Position numbers and translations under genes: made by a program. This document shows positions 51,701-59,102 of a DNA stretch of 64,000 bases, piece by piece. The notes beneath the pieces are model-generated. The model did not search any database. It saw nothing but the letters and a program-made list of their open reading frames with translations, and was not told the origin of the DNA. The first letter of the stretch is position 1, and each line of letters opens with the position of its first letter. The stretch is from Verrucomicrobiota bacterium (GTDB lineage: Bacteria > Verrucomicrobiota > Verrucomicrobiia > Verrucomicrobiales > DEV007). The stretch spans positions 6,859 through 70,858 of the forward strand of contig QQNE01000008.1 of the NCBI GenBank assembly GCA_003402735.1, given 5' to 3'.

Positions 51701-52431
51701 TCCGCCGCAGTTCACCCAACTTCGTGCCGAACCAGGTGGATGCCATCACCGTGACGCTCATCAATCCGAACAGCACCCTCACCTCCGCGCTGGATTACCG
51801 CATCAACGACGGGACGTGGGTTCCCTACACGGCCCCCTTCTCCCTGACCCGCGCCGTTTACCCCAACGGGTGCTCGGTCCAGGCCAGAGCGCGCGCCATC
51901 GTGGCGGGTTACGACAACAGCCCCAACAGCTCCGCCACGATCAGCCTGAAACTCAACGCCACCAAGACCACGGTGACCTTCACTTCCATGGCCTCGACCG
52001 CCGGGTATCTCAATGAGGCCTACATCTACATCGATGGAGACGCCTACTATCTCGGCAATAGCGACATGGGAGCGGGCTTCGCCGTCAACGTCGATGTCTA
52101 TCTGGAAACGGGCGTCACCAACGTCTTTGATCTCAGCATCGACACCTACATGCGCAGCGGTGGACGATTCATCTCCGGTGCGCTGCGGGGGCTCGACACC
52201 CGCACCGGATCGCTCTTCAGTCGGATCGACAGCAACGCCTCGTTCCGGGGACAATCGACGAACTCGGCCAAGATCAAGGACCTCAGCTTCCAGAGCAACC
52301 TGAACATGATCGTCGGCTACGAGGACCTGATCATCGCCAAGCAGAATCCGGACTGGGACTACGATGACTTCATGTTCCGGCTCACCTCGAGCCAGGCCTT
52401 CAACTTCACGTTCGGCGGTTACGCCCGCTGA
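45763..52431 (+). CDS. Giant (2222 aa) prepilin-type N-terminal domain protein with ~20 tandem ~92-aa Ig-like repeats and a distinct C-terminal domain
   Basis: GTG start. The N-terminus is MTVRSRHSA|FSLLEILLAVAIIGTLAAVAV, with Phe+1, Glu+5 and a hydrophobic helix. A ~200-aa unique region follows. Then come 19 clear repeats carrying the (L/M)x(Y)(R/K)(L/I)NGGxWxxY..PF.V.R..YP.G..(V/I)EARARA signature, plus one degenerate copy. The final 158-aa non-repeat domain ends ..GYEDLIIAKQNPDWDYDDFMFRL... Confidence 0.85.
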   Translation: MTVRSRHSAFSLLEILLAVAIIGTLAAVAVVRHHNSIENVRVAKLESDIATINSAIKTYAANGGSLAGIVTPQAVLDKMKTSLSTEEDARFVGIGGSMIDARLTAVSSDDLPDGKPRAIWNSVASRFDLATNGSGIAQFVLDATAGRAEYGTESREDGVTFSYNTSNGWVWNYNDAAPLPRPTPSLVSVSGLPSGTSNTVDPTPWSDPLLSNLLPPTFSLDGGSYRPSRFPLEVQLINPNPAASSTILVSVGGSNFVPYTAPLKLVADTTVTAFATGDPSLWFPSSTVGETYLVSPPEQLATPVISPSSPQFQWDTAETISVSISNPNSSDDSALDYKIDDGSWSRYSGSFSLEFSANEDGAVISARVIPLGPDYTESQVATVSIAPAPPQQNLVAPVITTSQPKFIQGSVETITVTLADQNAAGSALEYRLQGGNWLTYASSFNVTRAAYPQGVKIEARSRAISRAYINSTTSSFTVELSTVELRPPNIIPTAANFIVGAVETVNVTITNPNPTSAASLLDYKINNGAWLPYTTALSFTRANYSSGFTIAARARSTSAGYTNSVDSSVQIGVTGIPLLPPSITPSAPNFVAGNVETVTVTLTNLNSVASSVSYRLNGGTWLNYSGVFSVTRSTYPSGVLVEARVAGTTTASATSAINSVSIGLATLQLRPPSLVPSAANFIAGVTDSISVSIVDPNTVASAAEYRIDNGAWQAYQGPFTVTLAGFPSGLMIEARARATAPTHVDSDLDTAIIGLTLAQLRRPLISTSAASLMAGAAESVSVSISNPNAVGLGEVEYRLDGGAWQTYAAPFTVSRAAYPSGATIESRVRALSLALLDSDVSTSIISLIPWRLRSPTVSSDVAGFVAGFVESATITVTATDAASEGLEYRLNGQSWQAYTAPFAVTRTNYPTGVTVEARSISSSPALDPSEIASLTIGLSPVQLQSPIIMRSATVFSTSTNTVTVSLVNPNLSGALMDYRLNNGAWQTYTVPFTLAWTNFSAGVTIDARARSISAAFLTSGIASALVGTSASELQSPVITPTAPNFIQGFQEWIAIGLSNPNPVGSSALDYRINGGEWLAYTTTITATRTAYPSGLTIEARARALSSTFTTSPNAILAIGLTSVLLRSPMIATTAPRFIAENTETVTVTLTNPNATGSVIDYRLNGGSWLTYTSSFTGTLAANPNGLTIEARCRATDSALATSTIASAFVGVAPVRLQTPLISPSASNFLAGSAESVTVTLTTPNTTGFVLEYRLANGVWVTYSTPFVVTQQSYQAGVVVEARARALTAAYVDSNIALAAIGRTPVLLRRPSIIPSANSFLPGSIESVSVTLTNPNPVGAVLEYRVNNGAWLVYSAPFTVTRTSFPNGVPIEARARALSSAYITSESSTFTVKLTPVQLIEPSIRSSASDFIPGSVETLTVTLVNPNPIGSVMDYRINGGGWTTYSTALSLRRTSYPTGVSLEARARATQSAYATSNTSTANFGVALVQLLTPTISSSDPAFVAGTTETITVSISDPNATTTTTTTNAAPMAASPLEASVNGNRSMLQYRLNGRAWVNYSAPFTVTRTLYPTGVTVEARALATTPAYLTSNNALRGIGLTTLTLQTPTLASNVRNFRIGSADFATVTVTNPNPSGISALQYRINSGGWLAYTGPVTFARTAYPSGLTVGARAVAAAISGYGTSRIGTTTIGLTQVQLLPPSITRTLPNFVAGSGETITITLSNRNPSGSALQYRLAGGGWTTYTTPFTVTRSRFPKGVIVEAQARATISAYLASTIASTNIGIGTVQLQIPVITPSAQNFMAGSTESITVTVSNPNPSGSSILQYRINGTAWRNYTGAFAVNRTSYPTGLNIEAQALTASTVYVTSAAASATIGLTPARLNQATIRRSPVNVNFMAGSVETMTISLAWRTPNPSGVSVNEYRLNGGSWLTYTSAFNVTRSAFPQGVTIDARSRSTSVAYIDSTTSTMTIGVTLVPLQTPMIRRSSPNFVPNQVDAITVTLINPNSTLTSALDYRINDGTWVPYTAPFSLTRAVYPNGCSVQARARAIVAGYDNSPNSSATISLKLNATKTTVTFTSMASTAGYLNEAYIYIDGDAYYLGNSDMGAGFAVNVDVYLETGVTNVFDLSIDTYMRSGGRFISGALRGLDTRTGSLFSRIDSNASFRGQSTNSAKIKDLSFQSNLNMIVGYEDLIIAKQNPDWDYDDFMFRLTSSQAFNFTFGGYAR
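46657..51960 (+). repeat. Tandem coding repeat array, 19 units of 270-288 nt (one of 342 nt), diverged at DNA level
   Basis: Anchor Tyr codons of the YR(L/I)NGG motif are at 46771, 47050, 47329, 47602, 47875, 48151, 48424, 48694, 48970, 49243, 49516, 49789, 50062, 50404, 50680, 50956, 51232, 51520 and 51796. The array boundaries are approximate. Confidence 0.9.
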
Positions 52432-52436
52432 GGCTC

Positions 52437-55400
52437 TCAGGCCATCACCTCGCGCAAGTCATCGAGGGAGAGTCCCTGCATGAGCGGAGCGGCGTCGTCC
52501 AGGGCGGCTTCGATCACGTCCCGTTTCTTGCGCTGCAGCGCCACGATCTTTTCTTCCACGGTTCCGGCAGCGATGAGTTTGTAGGAGCTGACCGGGCGCG
52601 ACTGGCCGATCCGGTGCGCCCGGTCCGTGGCCTGGGCCTCCACGGCGGGGTTCCACCACGGATCGTAATGGATCACGGTGTCCGCCGCGGTCAGGGTCAA
52701 CCCGTAACCACCCGCCTTGAGGCTGATCAAAAAGAGGCCCGGGCCGTGGCCACCCTGGAACCGCTCCACCTGCTCCGCCCGGTCGGTGGAGGATCCGTCC
52801 AGGTAACAATACGGCGTGCCCCGTGCATCGAGCACCTGCCGCAACAGGCCCAGCATTCCGGTGAACTGGCTAAAAACCAGGGCCTTGTGGCCCCCACTCT
52901 CGCACTCTTCCAAAAGCTCGTCGAACAACTCGAGCTTCGCGGACCCCGCCTTGGCGGCGTCCTCCACCCCGAGCAGCCGCGGGTCACAGCAGACCTGGCG
53001 CAAACGCAGCAACGCCGTCAACATCGTCATCCGCGCCTGTCCCTCGCTCTTCTTTGCCAGGGCGTCGTCGATCTGCTTGCGGGACTCGCGCAGGATGGAC
53101 TCGTAAAGTTTGGCCTGGCCCGGCGTCAGTTCGCAGGTGCGGACCTGTTCGATTTTGGGCGGCAACTCCTTGGCCACGCTCTCCTTGAGGCGGCGCAACA
53201 TGACCGGCTGGATCCGCTGCCGCAACCGCTCCAAAACCGGACGCGGGGCCGCGCCACCGCTCAACGGAAGTTCATACCGCTCCCGAAACTCTTCCCGGCG
53301 CCCCAGATATCCGGGGATCAGGAACTCAAAGATGGACCAAAGCTCGCGCACGCTGTTTTCCACCGGAGTTCCACTCAAGGCCAGCCGGGCCCGGGCCCGG
53401 AGTTTGCGCGCGGCCCGGGCGCTCTGCGTGTCCGGATTCTTGATGGCCCCGGCCTCGTCCAGGATCACCGCCAGAAATTCCCGCCCGGCCAAGGCTTCCA
53501 CGTCCCGGACCAGCAAGGCGTAACTGGTGACCAGCAAATCCGCCGTCTCGATCTCCCTCTCCTCCTCCCAGCGCCGGCTCCCGTGCCAGACGTGACAGCG
53601 GCGCCCGGGAAGAAAACGCTCCGCCTCCTTCCGCCAGTTGTGCAGCAAGGAGGTGGGGGCGACGACCAAGATCTGCCCCTTTCCCTGTGTCTGCCAAAGC
53701 CATTCCGCGCCGGCCAGGGCCTGCAAGGTCTTGCCGAGCCCCATCTCGTCCGCCAACAATCCCGCCCCCGCCGGCCCGCGCCAAATCCCGGCCAACCAGC
53801 GCACCCCGTCCCGCTGATAATCCCGCAAGGTGACTTCGAGCTCCCCCAACGGCTCCAAATCGACCGGTTCCCCGTCTTCCAACTCCCCCTGAAACGCGGT
53901 GCGCAAAAATCCCGCCTGGGCGGCGCGCACCCGGAACAAACCGTCCTCCTGGACCGGCTGGGCATCGAAAATCACCTCGTCCGCCTCGGCACAGGCTTCC
54001 AGGTCCACAAACGCGCTGCGCCCGTTGGCCAACTGCACTTTGCTCTGTCCTTTGGCCAGAAGTTTCTGGATCTCCTGCCGACTGATCTCCACGCCCCCCT
54101 CGCCCGAGTAACGCAGCGCAAAGCCGAACCAGTTGGCGTCGCTTCCCCGTTGCTCCAGACGGGGCCGGATGATCTCCACCTGCCGACTCACGTGCTGGAA
54201 TCTCTCGCCAAGCTCCACCTTCCAGTGCCGCACCAACTCGGGGTAACCGCGTGCATAAAAGCGTCCCACCTCCTTCTCTCCGCGGAGGTGAAATTGCCCC
54301 GCCGCATCCGGCCCCGTGAACCCAAATTCCTCCAACCGCGCCGCCCCCAGCCGCTCCGCCCGCTGGTTGCGGGTCACAAAACTCCCGTCGTCGGCCCGGT
54401 AGGGAAATGATCCACCCGGCGGTTCCGCCCCCAGCCGAAACGTCACCGCTTCCCCATAGCCGACCGTCACGACCCCGCTCAACGCATGGAACGAGCCCTC
54501 AAAACGGGCCGAAAAAGTCGGAACCCCGGGCCGCAAGATGATCCCCTGACCCGGCTCCGACAAGAATTCGATGGAGTCGTGCCAGGCACCGAGCCCGGCC
54601 AGAAGCAACCCCGGCGGAAGGGTCACCGCCTTTCCGTCCAGAAGATCGTCATACGCAGAACCGGCCCCGGCCGGAGCGGGACGCACCGGCTCCAGAAGCG
54701 CGCGTTGGGCAAAATAAACCCACCGTCGGTTTCCCGCCCGCAACCACTGCTGCTGGTTGCCTTCCCGCACCAGCGGCGTGAGCCGGAAATCGCCGTCCGC
54801 ACCCGTCTCCAACCGGACCCGAACCCGGGCCGCCGACGTCCCCGCCACCACCAGAAGGTCTTCCCCGCGCCGCCCCGCCCCCGTATCCTGCAGCACTTCG
54901 AGCAGATCGATCGCCTGCTCCGGGTTCACCACGCAGACCGCCGGCAGTTTGCCGATTTTGGCCCGGTCGAGCCATTTCCAAACCACTTCTCCTCCCTGAG
55001 CGGCGGGCTCCACCCGCACCGGGATCCGCCCCTTCTCCCAGAGCTCGGCGAACCTGGCGTCAAACCGCACACAGACCCCGCCGCGCGTCTCCGGCCGGAC
55101 CTGTTCCCGGGCGGAGACGGAAGGAACCGGAGCAATTTTCCCTGGCACGATCCCCGCCGGAGCTACCGGGCTCCCCGCGCCCAGAATGTGCGCCAGCGCC
55201 ACCGCCGTGGAATGGGCGCAAACCTGACCGTAACGCCGGGAAAGATGACAGGGACAGAGATTGCGCAAATCCGTGCGGCTCTCGATCTCAAAACCGGCCA
55301 CCTGGGGTTTGCCCTGGGCGACGACCACCCCTTTCAAACGGCGTCCCTCCACCCGCACTTCGGCCACGCCTCCGCCCTGATGCAAGGACCGGGCCTCTTT

Positions 55401-55484
55401 GAGAACCTTCCAACCCGCGGCATCGGAGAGCCACTTTTCGGTCAGGTCAAAGGGGAGGCCGGGGGCGGGATCAGAAGAACTCAT
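52437..55484 (-). CDS. SNF2-family helicase/translocase with an N-terminal SWIM zinc finger
   Basis: 1015 aa. The SWIM motif is CPCHLSRRYGQVCAHSTA. The SNF2 ATPase motifs are LADEMGLGKT, DEAGAIKN and the helicase-C block (..LISLKAGGYGLTLTAADTVIHYDPWWNPAVEAQATDRAHRIGQ..). Confidence 0.92.
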   Translation of the reverse strand: MSSSDPAPGLPFDLTEKWLSDAAGWKVLKEARSLHQGGGVAEVRVEGRRLKGVVVAQGKPQVAGFEIESRTDLRNLCPCHLSRRYGQVCAHSTAVALAHILGAGSPVAPAGIVPGKIAPVPSVSAREQVRPETRGGVCVRFDARFAELWEKGRIPVRVEPAAQGGEVVWKWLDRAKIGKLPAVCVVNPEQAIDLLEVLQDTGAGRRGEDLLVVAGTSAARVRVRLETGADGDFRLTPLVREGNQQQWLRAGNRRWVYFAQRALLEPVRPAPAGAGSAYDDLLDGKAVTLPPGLLLAGLGAWHDSIEFLSEPGQGIILRPGVPTFSARFEGSFHALSGVVTVGYGEAVTFRLGAEPPGGSFPYRADDGSFVTRNQRAERLGAARLEEFGFTGPDAAGQFHLRGEKEVGRFYARGYPELVRHWKVELGERFQHVSRQVEIIRPRLEQRGSDANWFGFALRYSGEGGVEISRQEIQKLLAKGQSKVQLANGRSAFVDLEACAEADEVIFDAQPVQEDGLFRVRAAQAGFLRTAFQGELEDGEPVDLEPLGELEVTLRDYQRDGVRWLAGIWRGPAGAGLLADEMGLGKTLQALAGAEWLWQTQGKGQILVVAPTSLLHNWRKEAERFLPGRRCHVWHGSRRWEEEREIETADLLVTSYALLVRDVEALAGREFLAVILDEAGAIKNPDTQSARAARKLRARARLALSGTPVENSVRELWSIFEFLIPGYLGRREEFRERYELPLSGGAAPRPVLERLRQRIQPVMLRRLKESVAKELPPKIEQVRTCELTPGQAKLYESILRESRKQIDDALAKKSEGQARMTMLTALLRLRQVCCDPRLLGVEDAAKAGSAKLELFDELLEECESGGHKALVFSQFTGMLGLLRQVLDARGTPYCYLDGSSTDRAEQVERFQGGHGPGLFLISLKAGGYGLTLTAADTVIHYDPWWNPAVEAQATDRAHRIGQSRPVSSYKLIAAGTVEEKIVALQRKKRDVIEAALDDAAPLMQGLSLDDLREVMA

Positions 55485-55586
55485 GGCAGGCGGGGAACCA
55501 CAATCTCACGGGCTATGAGCCTGTTGCCAACCGCCAAACGCGAAAACCCGATTGCCAAAGTCCCCCGTTTGTGACAAGGTTAGGAA

Positions 55587-55614
55587 TTGTTGTCTATCAG
55601 CTCGCTTTTATAAT
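55587..55614 (+). promoter_or_regulatory. Promoter candidate TTGTTG-N16-TATAAT ending 9 nt before the ParA ATG (would give a leaderless or near-leaderless mRNA)
   Basis: TTGTTG at 55587..55592, TATAAT at 55609..55614 and the ATG at 55624, all read directly. Confidence 0.3.
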
Positions 55615-55623
55615 CGGTTTGCC

Positions 55624-56406
55624 ATGAAAATCGTTGCGCTATCCAACCACAAAGGAGGGGTCGGGAAAACCACGACCGCGGTCAATCTCGGGGCCTATTT
55701 GGCCCGGGCCGGACAAAAAGTTCTCGTCCTCGACCTCGATCCCCAAGCCAACGCCACCGAGACCTTGGGACTCAATCCGGAGGAACACACCAGCATTTAC
55801 GAGACCATGCTCGGTCAGGGCGACATCAGCCGTCTCCCGGTCGCCACCAACCTGGAAAATCTCCACCTGATTCCCGCCAACGCCGACCTTTCCGGCATCG
55901 AGGTGGATCTGGGAGCGGACGAGCATCGCTTGGCCAGGCTTCATGCGCCGCTGCAGAATTACAAGGCGATCGCTCCCTACGATTATCTGTTGATCGATTG
56001 CCCGCCCTCCCTCGGAGTGCTCATGACCTGCGCCCTGGCCGCGGCGGATGAAATCGTCATCCCGGTCCAGTGCGAGTATTTGAGCTTGATCGGTTTGACC
56101 AAAATGGTGGATCTCCTCAACGAGATCCGCTCCACCGGAGTCAACCCGGGAGTGGTCATCGAAGGCATCGTCCTCACCATGGCGGACGGACGCACCAACC
56201 TCACCGAAGAGGTGATCAACGAGGTGCGTCAGCAGATGAACAGCATCGCTTACGACACCGTGATTCCGCGGAACGTGAAACTTGGGGAAGCTCCGAGCCA
56301 CGGCAAAACCATCCTGGAATACGCGCCCGATTCCAAGGGAGCCGAGGCCTACGAAACCCTCTGCAACGAGTTCCTCCAGCGCCACGGAGTCGTGCTCAGC
56401 GCCTGA
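55624..56406 (+). CDS. ParA/Soj-family ATPase (no adjacent parB)
   Basis: Track ORF trimmed to ATG 55624. MKIVALSNHKGGVGKTTTAVNLG is the deviant Walker A. VLVLDLDPQANAT and YLLIDCPPSLG are also present. Confidence 0.9.
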   Translation: MKIVALSNHKGGVGKTTTAVNLGAYLARAGQKVLVLDLDPQANATETLGLNPEEHTSIYETMLGQGDISRLPVATNLENLHLIPANADLSGIEVDLGADEHRLARLHAPLQNYKAIAPYDYLLIDCPPSLGVLMTCALAAADEIVIPVQCEYLSLIGLTKMVDLLNEIRSTGVNPGVVIEGIVLTMADGRTNLTEEVINEVRQQMNSIAYDTVIPRNVKLGEAPSHGKTILEYAPDSKGAEAYETLCNEFLQRHGVVLSA

Positions 56407-56425
56407 TCAGGACGCCCGGACCCGG

Positions 56426-56737
56426 TCAGTCGTTGTCGCTCTTGGTGTCGTTCGCGTAACGCGCCGCCCCTTCGAACACCTTCGGAACCTTTTCCGTGAC
56501 GAACGTGTCCGTGGCGTTCACCGCGCCCACCGCCGTCAGGCCAAGTTCCTCGGCGGACCCGATGAAGATGGAGCCGATCCACTCCCCAATCCCGATTACC
56601 ACATTCCCAATGGCCCGGCCAATCGGGGCCAACGGATTCGGGCGGGGCGACACCGGGACCACCACTTCCTCACCGGCTTGCAGGGAGGCAGCCTGAAGGA
56701 CCAGCGTCAAGACAACAAGAGCGCGTGCGAGTTTCAT
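56426..56737 (-). CDS. Small secreted hypothetical protein
   Basis: 103 aa with signal peptide MKLARALVVLTLVLQAASLQA and a Gly/Ile-rich middle. Confidence 0.5.
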   Translation of the reverse strand: MKLARALVVLTLVLQAASLQAGEEVVVPVSPRPNPLAPIGRAIGNVVIGIGEWIGSIFIGSAEELGLTAVGAVNATDTFVTEKVPKVFEGAARYANDTKSDND

Positions 56738-56771
56738 GTTCCTTCACTCTGGAGCAGGAGGACGCCTCAAG

Positions 56772-58529
56772 TCAATCTGCGACCTGGGAAATCACCACTG
56801 CGGAAACTCCCGGAAGGTTCACCGGGATCTGCTCATCCCGCTCCTCCCCTCCAAACCTCCGCCAACCGGAGTAAAGCCGCACGCCGTCCCTGCCGGGAAA
56901 ATCGACCGGTTCACTCCCCAGATTCACCACCACCTGCGCCGCCCCTCCCGCATAACTCAGCCGGAACCAGCCGATCTCCGGCTTTGCCTCCACGGACAGA
57001 CCACCCGAGTCCAAAAGACCGTTCGCCCTCCAGCGTTTGCGGAGCGCTAGGAGGGAACGATACCAGTTCCACATGCCCAGGTCCCCGGCCTCCAAGCGGC
57101 AGAGCTTGGAGCGCAAAAACGTCGCCTCTTCCACGGGCGAGACAAAGTTGGCCCAATCGTGCTGGTGATAATCCCGTTTCCGTCCCTCCACCACGGCCTT
57201 GCGAAGATGGCTGTCCCCGAAATCGACGAAGAAACAGAACGGACTGGGAGCCGCGAATTCCTCTCCCATGAAGCACATCGGCACCGCCGGGTGCAGCAGG
57301 ACCATGGCCGCCCCAGCCCGCTGCAAGGTCGGCGAAGCCACTTGGTGCAATCGCCTGCCCTCGGGATGATTCCCCACCTGGTCGTGCGTTTGCAACCCCT
57401 GCATCATCGAGCCCAAATCACATCGCTCCGGTTCACCACTCCGAAGGATGTCGGTCCCGGTTCGCCGCCGCTCGAAGACATAACCGGTGTCGAGCGCCTG
57501 TCCCAAATCCTCCATGCCCCGGTAGGTGCGCGCATCGATGCGGTGCTTACCCAAGACCGCCGAGAAAAGCGAGTGGGGAATTTCATCGTTCCAGAGCAAA
57601 TCATAGGTCCCTTCCCCTTTCACGGGATCGAGCAGCACCGGATCGTGGACGTTCGCCTCGGCGATCAAGTGGATCGGCCGGGTTTGGTCCGCCGCCCACC
57701 GATGCACGGCCCGGGCGATCTCCTCCGTGACGTGGTGCTCGCTGTCATCCTGCATCAAACGGATGGCGTCGAGCCGGAGCCCATCCAGATGATATTCCTC
57801 CAGCCAGAAAACGGCGTTCTCCACGACAAACTGGCGCACCGGGAGATTCGATGCCCCGTCAAAATTCAAGGCCGGTCCCCACGGCGTGTGATGCCGTCGG
57901 GAAAAGTAGGGTCCGAAGTCCCAGAGATAGTTTCCCTCCGGCCCGAAATGGTTGTAGACCACGTCCAGGATCACCGCCAACCCGCGCTGGTGACAGACAT
58001 CGACGAACCGGCGCAGGTCATCCGGGCTCCCATAATGGTGATTCGGGGCAAACAGGTTGACGCCGTCGTAGCCCCAGTTCCAACGCCCCGGTGCCTGCGC
58101 CAGCGGCATCAGCTCCACCGCCGTCGCTCCCAGATCCAAAAGGTGATCGAGACGGCGGAGCGCCCCCTCGTATGTCCCTTCCGGCGAAAACGTGCCGACG
58201 TGGATCTCGTAAATCACCAGATCTCCCTTGGCGATCCCGCGCCAGCCCTGATCCTGCCAGGCATAGCCCGAGGGATCGACCAACCGGGACGGCCCATGCA
58301 CCCCCTGCGGTTGAAACCGGGACCGCGGATCCGGGCGCCGCGTCTCCCCGTCCAGGACCACCCAATAATCGTCCCCGGGACGGGCATCCTTCACCAGACC
58401 TTGCCACCATCCCCCGCCCTTCGCTTCCAACGCGTGCTCCCGAATGCCGATCCGCACCGCCACGGCCCGGCGCTCCGGAGCCCAAACCTCAAATCGAGTT
58501 CCTTCTGGAGTGCAGGTTGGCAATGGCAT
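56772..58529 (-). CDS. treZ: Malto-oligosyltrehalose trehalohydrolase (GH13)
   Basis: Track ORF 56772..58988 trimmed to ATG 58529 (MPLPTCTPEGTRFEVWAPERRAV..). The GH13 regions GLAVILDVVYNHFGPEG, LDGLRLDAI and ..LIAE.. are present. The length and N-terminal E-set domain fit TreZ. Confidence 0.85.
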   Translation of the reverse strand: MPLPTCTPEGTRFEVWAPERRAVAVRIGIREHALEAKGGGWWQGLVKDARPGDDYWVVLDGETRRPDPRSRFQPQGVHGPSRLVDPSGYAWQDQGWRGIAKGDLVIYEIHVGTFSPEGTYEGALRRLDHLLDLGATAVELMPLAQAPGRWNWGYDGVNLFAPNHHYGSPDDLRRFVDVCHQRGLAVILDVVYNHFGPEGNYLWDFGPYFSRRHHTPWGPALNFDGASNLPVRQFVVENAVFWLEEYHLDGLRLDAIRLMQDDSEHHVTEEIARAVHRWAADQTRPIHLIAEANVHDPVLLDPVKGEGTYDLLWNDEIPHSLFSAVLGKHRIDARTYRGMEDLGQALDTGYVFERRRTGTDILRSGEPERCDLGSMMQGLQTHDQVGNHPEGRRLHQVASPTLQRAGAAMVLLHPAVPMCFMGEEFAAPSPFCFFVDFGDSHLRKAVVEGRKRDYHQHDWANFVSPVEEATFLRSKLCRLEAGDLGMWNWYRSLLALRKRWRANGLLDSGGLSVEAKPEIGWFRLSYAGGAAQVVVNLGSEPVDFPGRDGVRLYSGWRRFGGEERDEQIPVNLPGVSAVVISQVAD

Positions 58530-58598
58530 GAGTGGACGGGACGCGACAAACCTTTCCTTGCATTCCGCCACGGCGCAACTATCCGAGATCCCACTGCG

Positions 58599-59057
58599 AT
58601 GATTCTCGACACCATCGACCACTCGGTCCGCTACGAACCCCTGCACCCGCGGCTGCGTCTGGCATTTTCCTTCCTCCGCGGCATGAACGGTCAGGAAGCG
58701 GACGGGCGCCACGAGATCGACGGCGATGACGTTTTCGCCCTGGTGCAACGGGTCACCACCAAGCCCATTGGCGACGTGGAGTTCGAAGCGCACCGACGCT
58801 ACATCGACGTTCAATACCTCTTGGAAGGTGAGGAAACCATCCTGTGGGCGCCCATCAGCGCCATGACCGAAACGGTCCGCCTCTATGACGAGACCAAGGA
58901 CGTCGCCAAATGGCGCCTGGTCCATCCCCACACACCGCTGCGGCTCAGGCCCGGCACCTTCGCCATCTTCTACCCGGAAGACGCTCACTCCCCCTGCGTG
59001 GCCGCCCCGGAGCCCGGGCCCGTAACCAAGGTGGTGATCAAAGTCCGCGGAGCCTGA
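58599..59057 (+). CDS. YhcH/YjgK/YiaL-family (DUF386) protein
   Basis: The last 152 aa of track ORF 57159..59057, from ATG 58599. MILDTIDHSVRYEPLHPRL..GRHEIDGDDVF..EAHRRYIDVQYLLEGEE..LRPGTFAIFYPEDAHSP..KVVIKV aligns by eye to E. coli YhcH. Confidence 0.8.
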   Translation: MILDTIDHSVRYEPLHPRLRLAFSFLRGMNGQEADGRHEIDGDDVFALVQRVTTKPIGDVEFEAHRRYIDVQYLLEGEETILWAPISAMTETVRLYDETKDVAKWRLVHPHTPLRLRPGTFAIFYPEDAHSPCVAAPEPGPVTKVVIKVRGA

Positions 59058-59102
59058 ACGCGCCGAAAGGCGACTGAAAGCGCCCAGTTCCGCCTGAGCG
59101 CC

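Noticed and set aside
46657-51960. Regular ~276-nt periodicity that might suggest a CRISPR-like or satellite array.
   Set aside because: The period is a protein-domain length. The units are diverged at DNA level but conserved at protein level, and they lie in one uninterrupted reading frame. There is no short identical repeat/spacer structure and there are no cas genes.
45922-52016. Many 60-530 aa alternative-frame and antisense ORFs inside the giant gene, for example 45922..47121 (-), 46266..47270 (+), 48559..49584 (-), 50110..51690 (-) and 50424..52016 (+).
   Set aside because: Only the 45763 frame gives a coherent repeated domain signature across 6.6 kb with no stops. The others are compositional artefacts (Arg/Gly/Pro-rich) of the GC-rich repeats.
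52425-52445. Mini-palindrome CTGAG-GCT-CTCAG spanning the 5-nt gap between the convergent stops of the giant gene and the SNF2 gene, as a possible bidirectional terminator.
   Set aside because: The stem is only 5 bp with a 3-nt loop and there is no flanking T/A tract. That is too weak to call a terminator.
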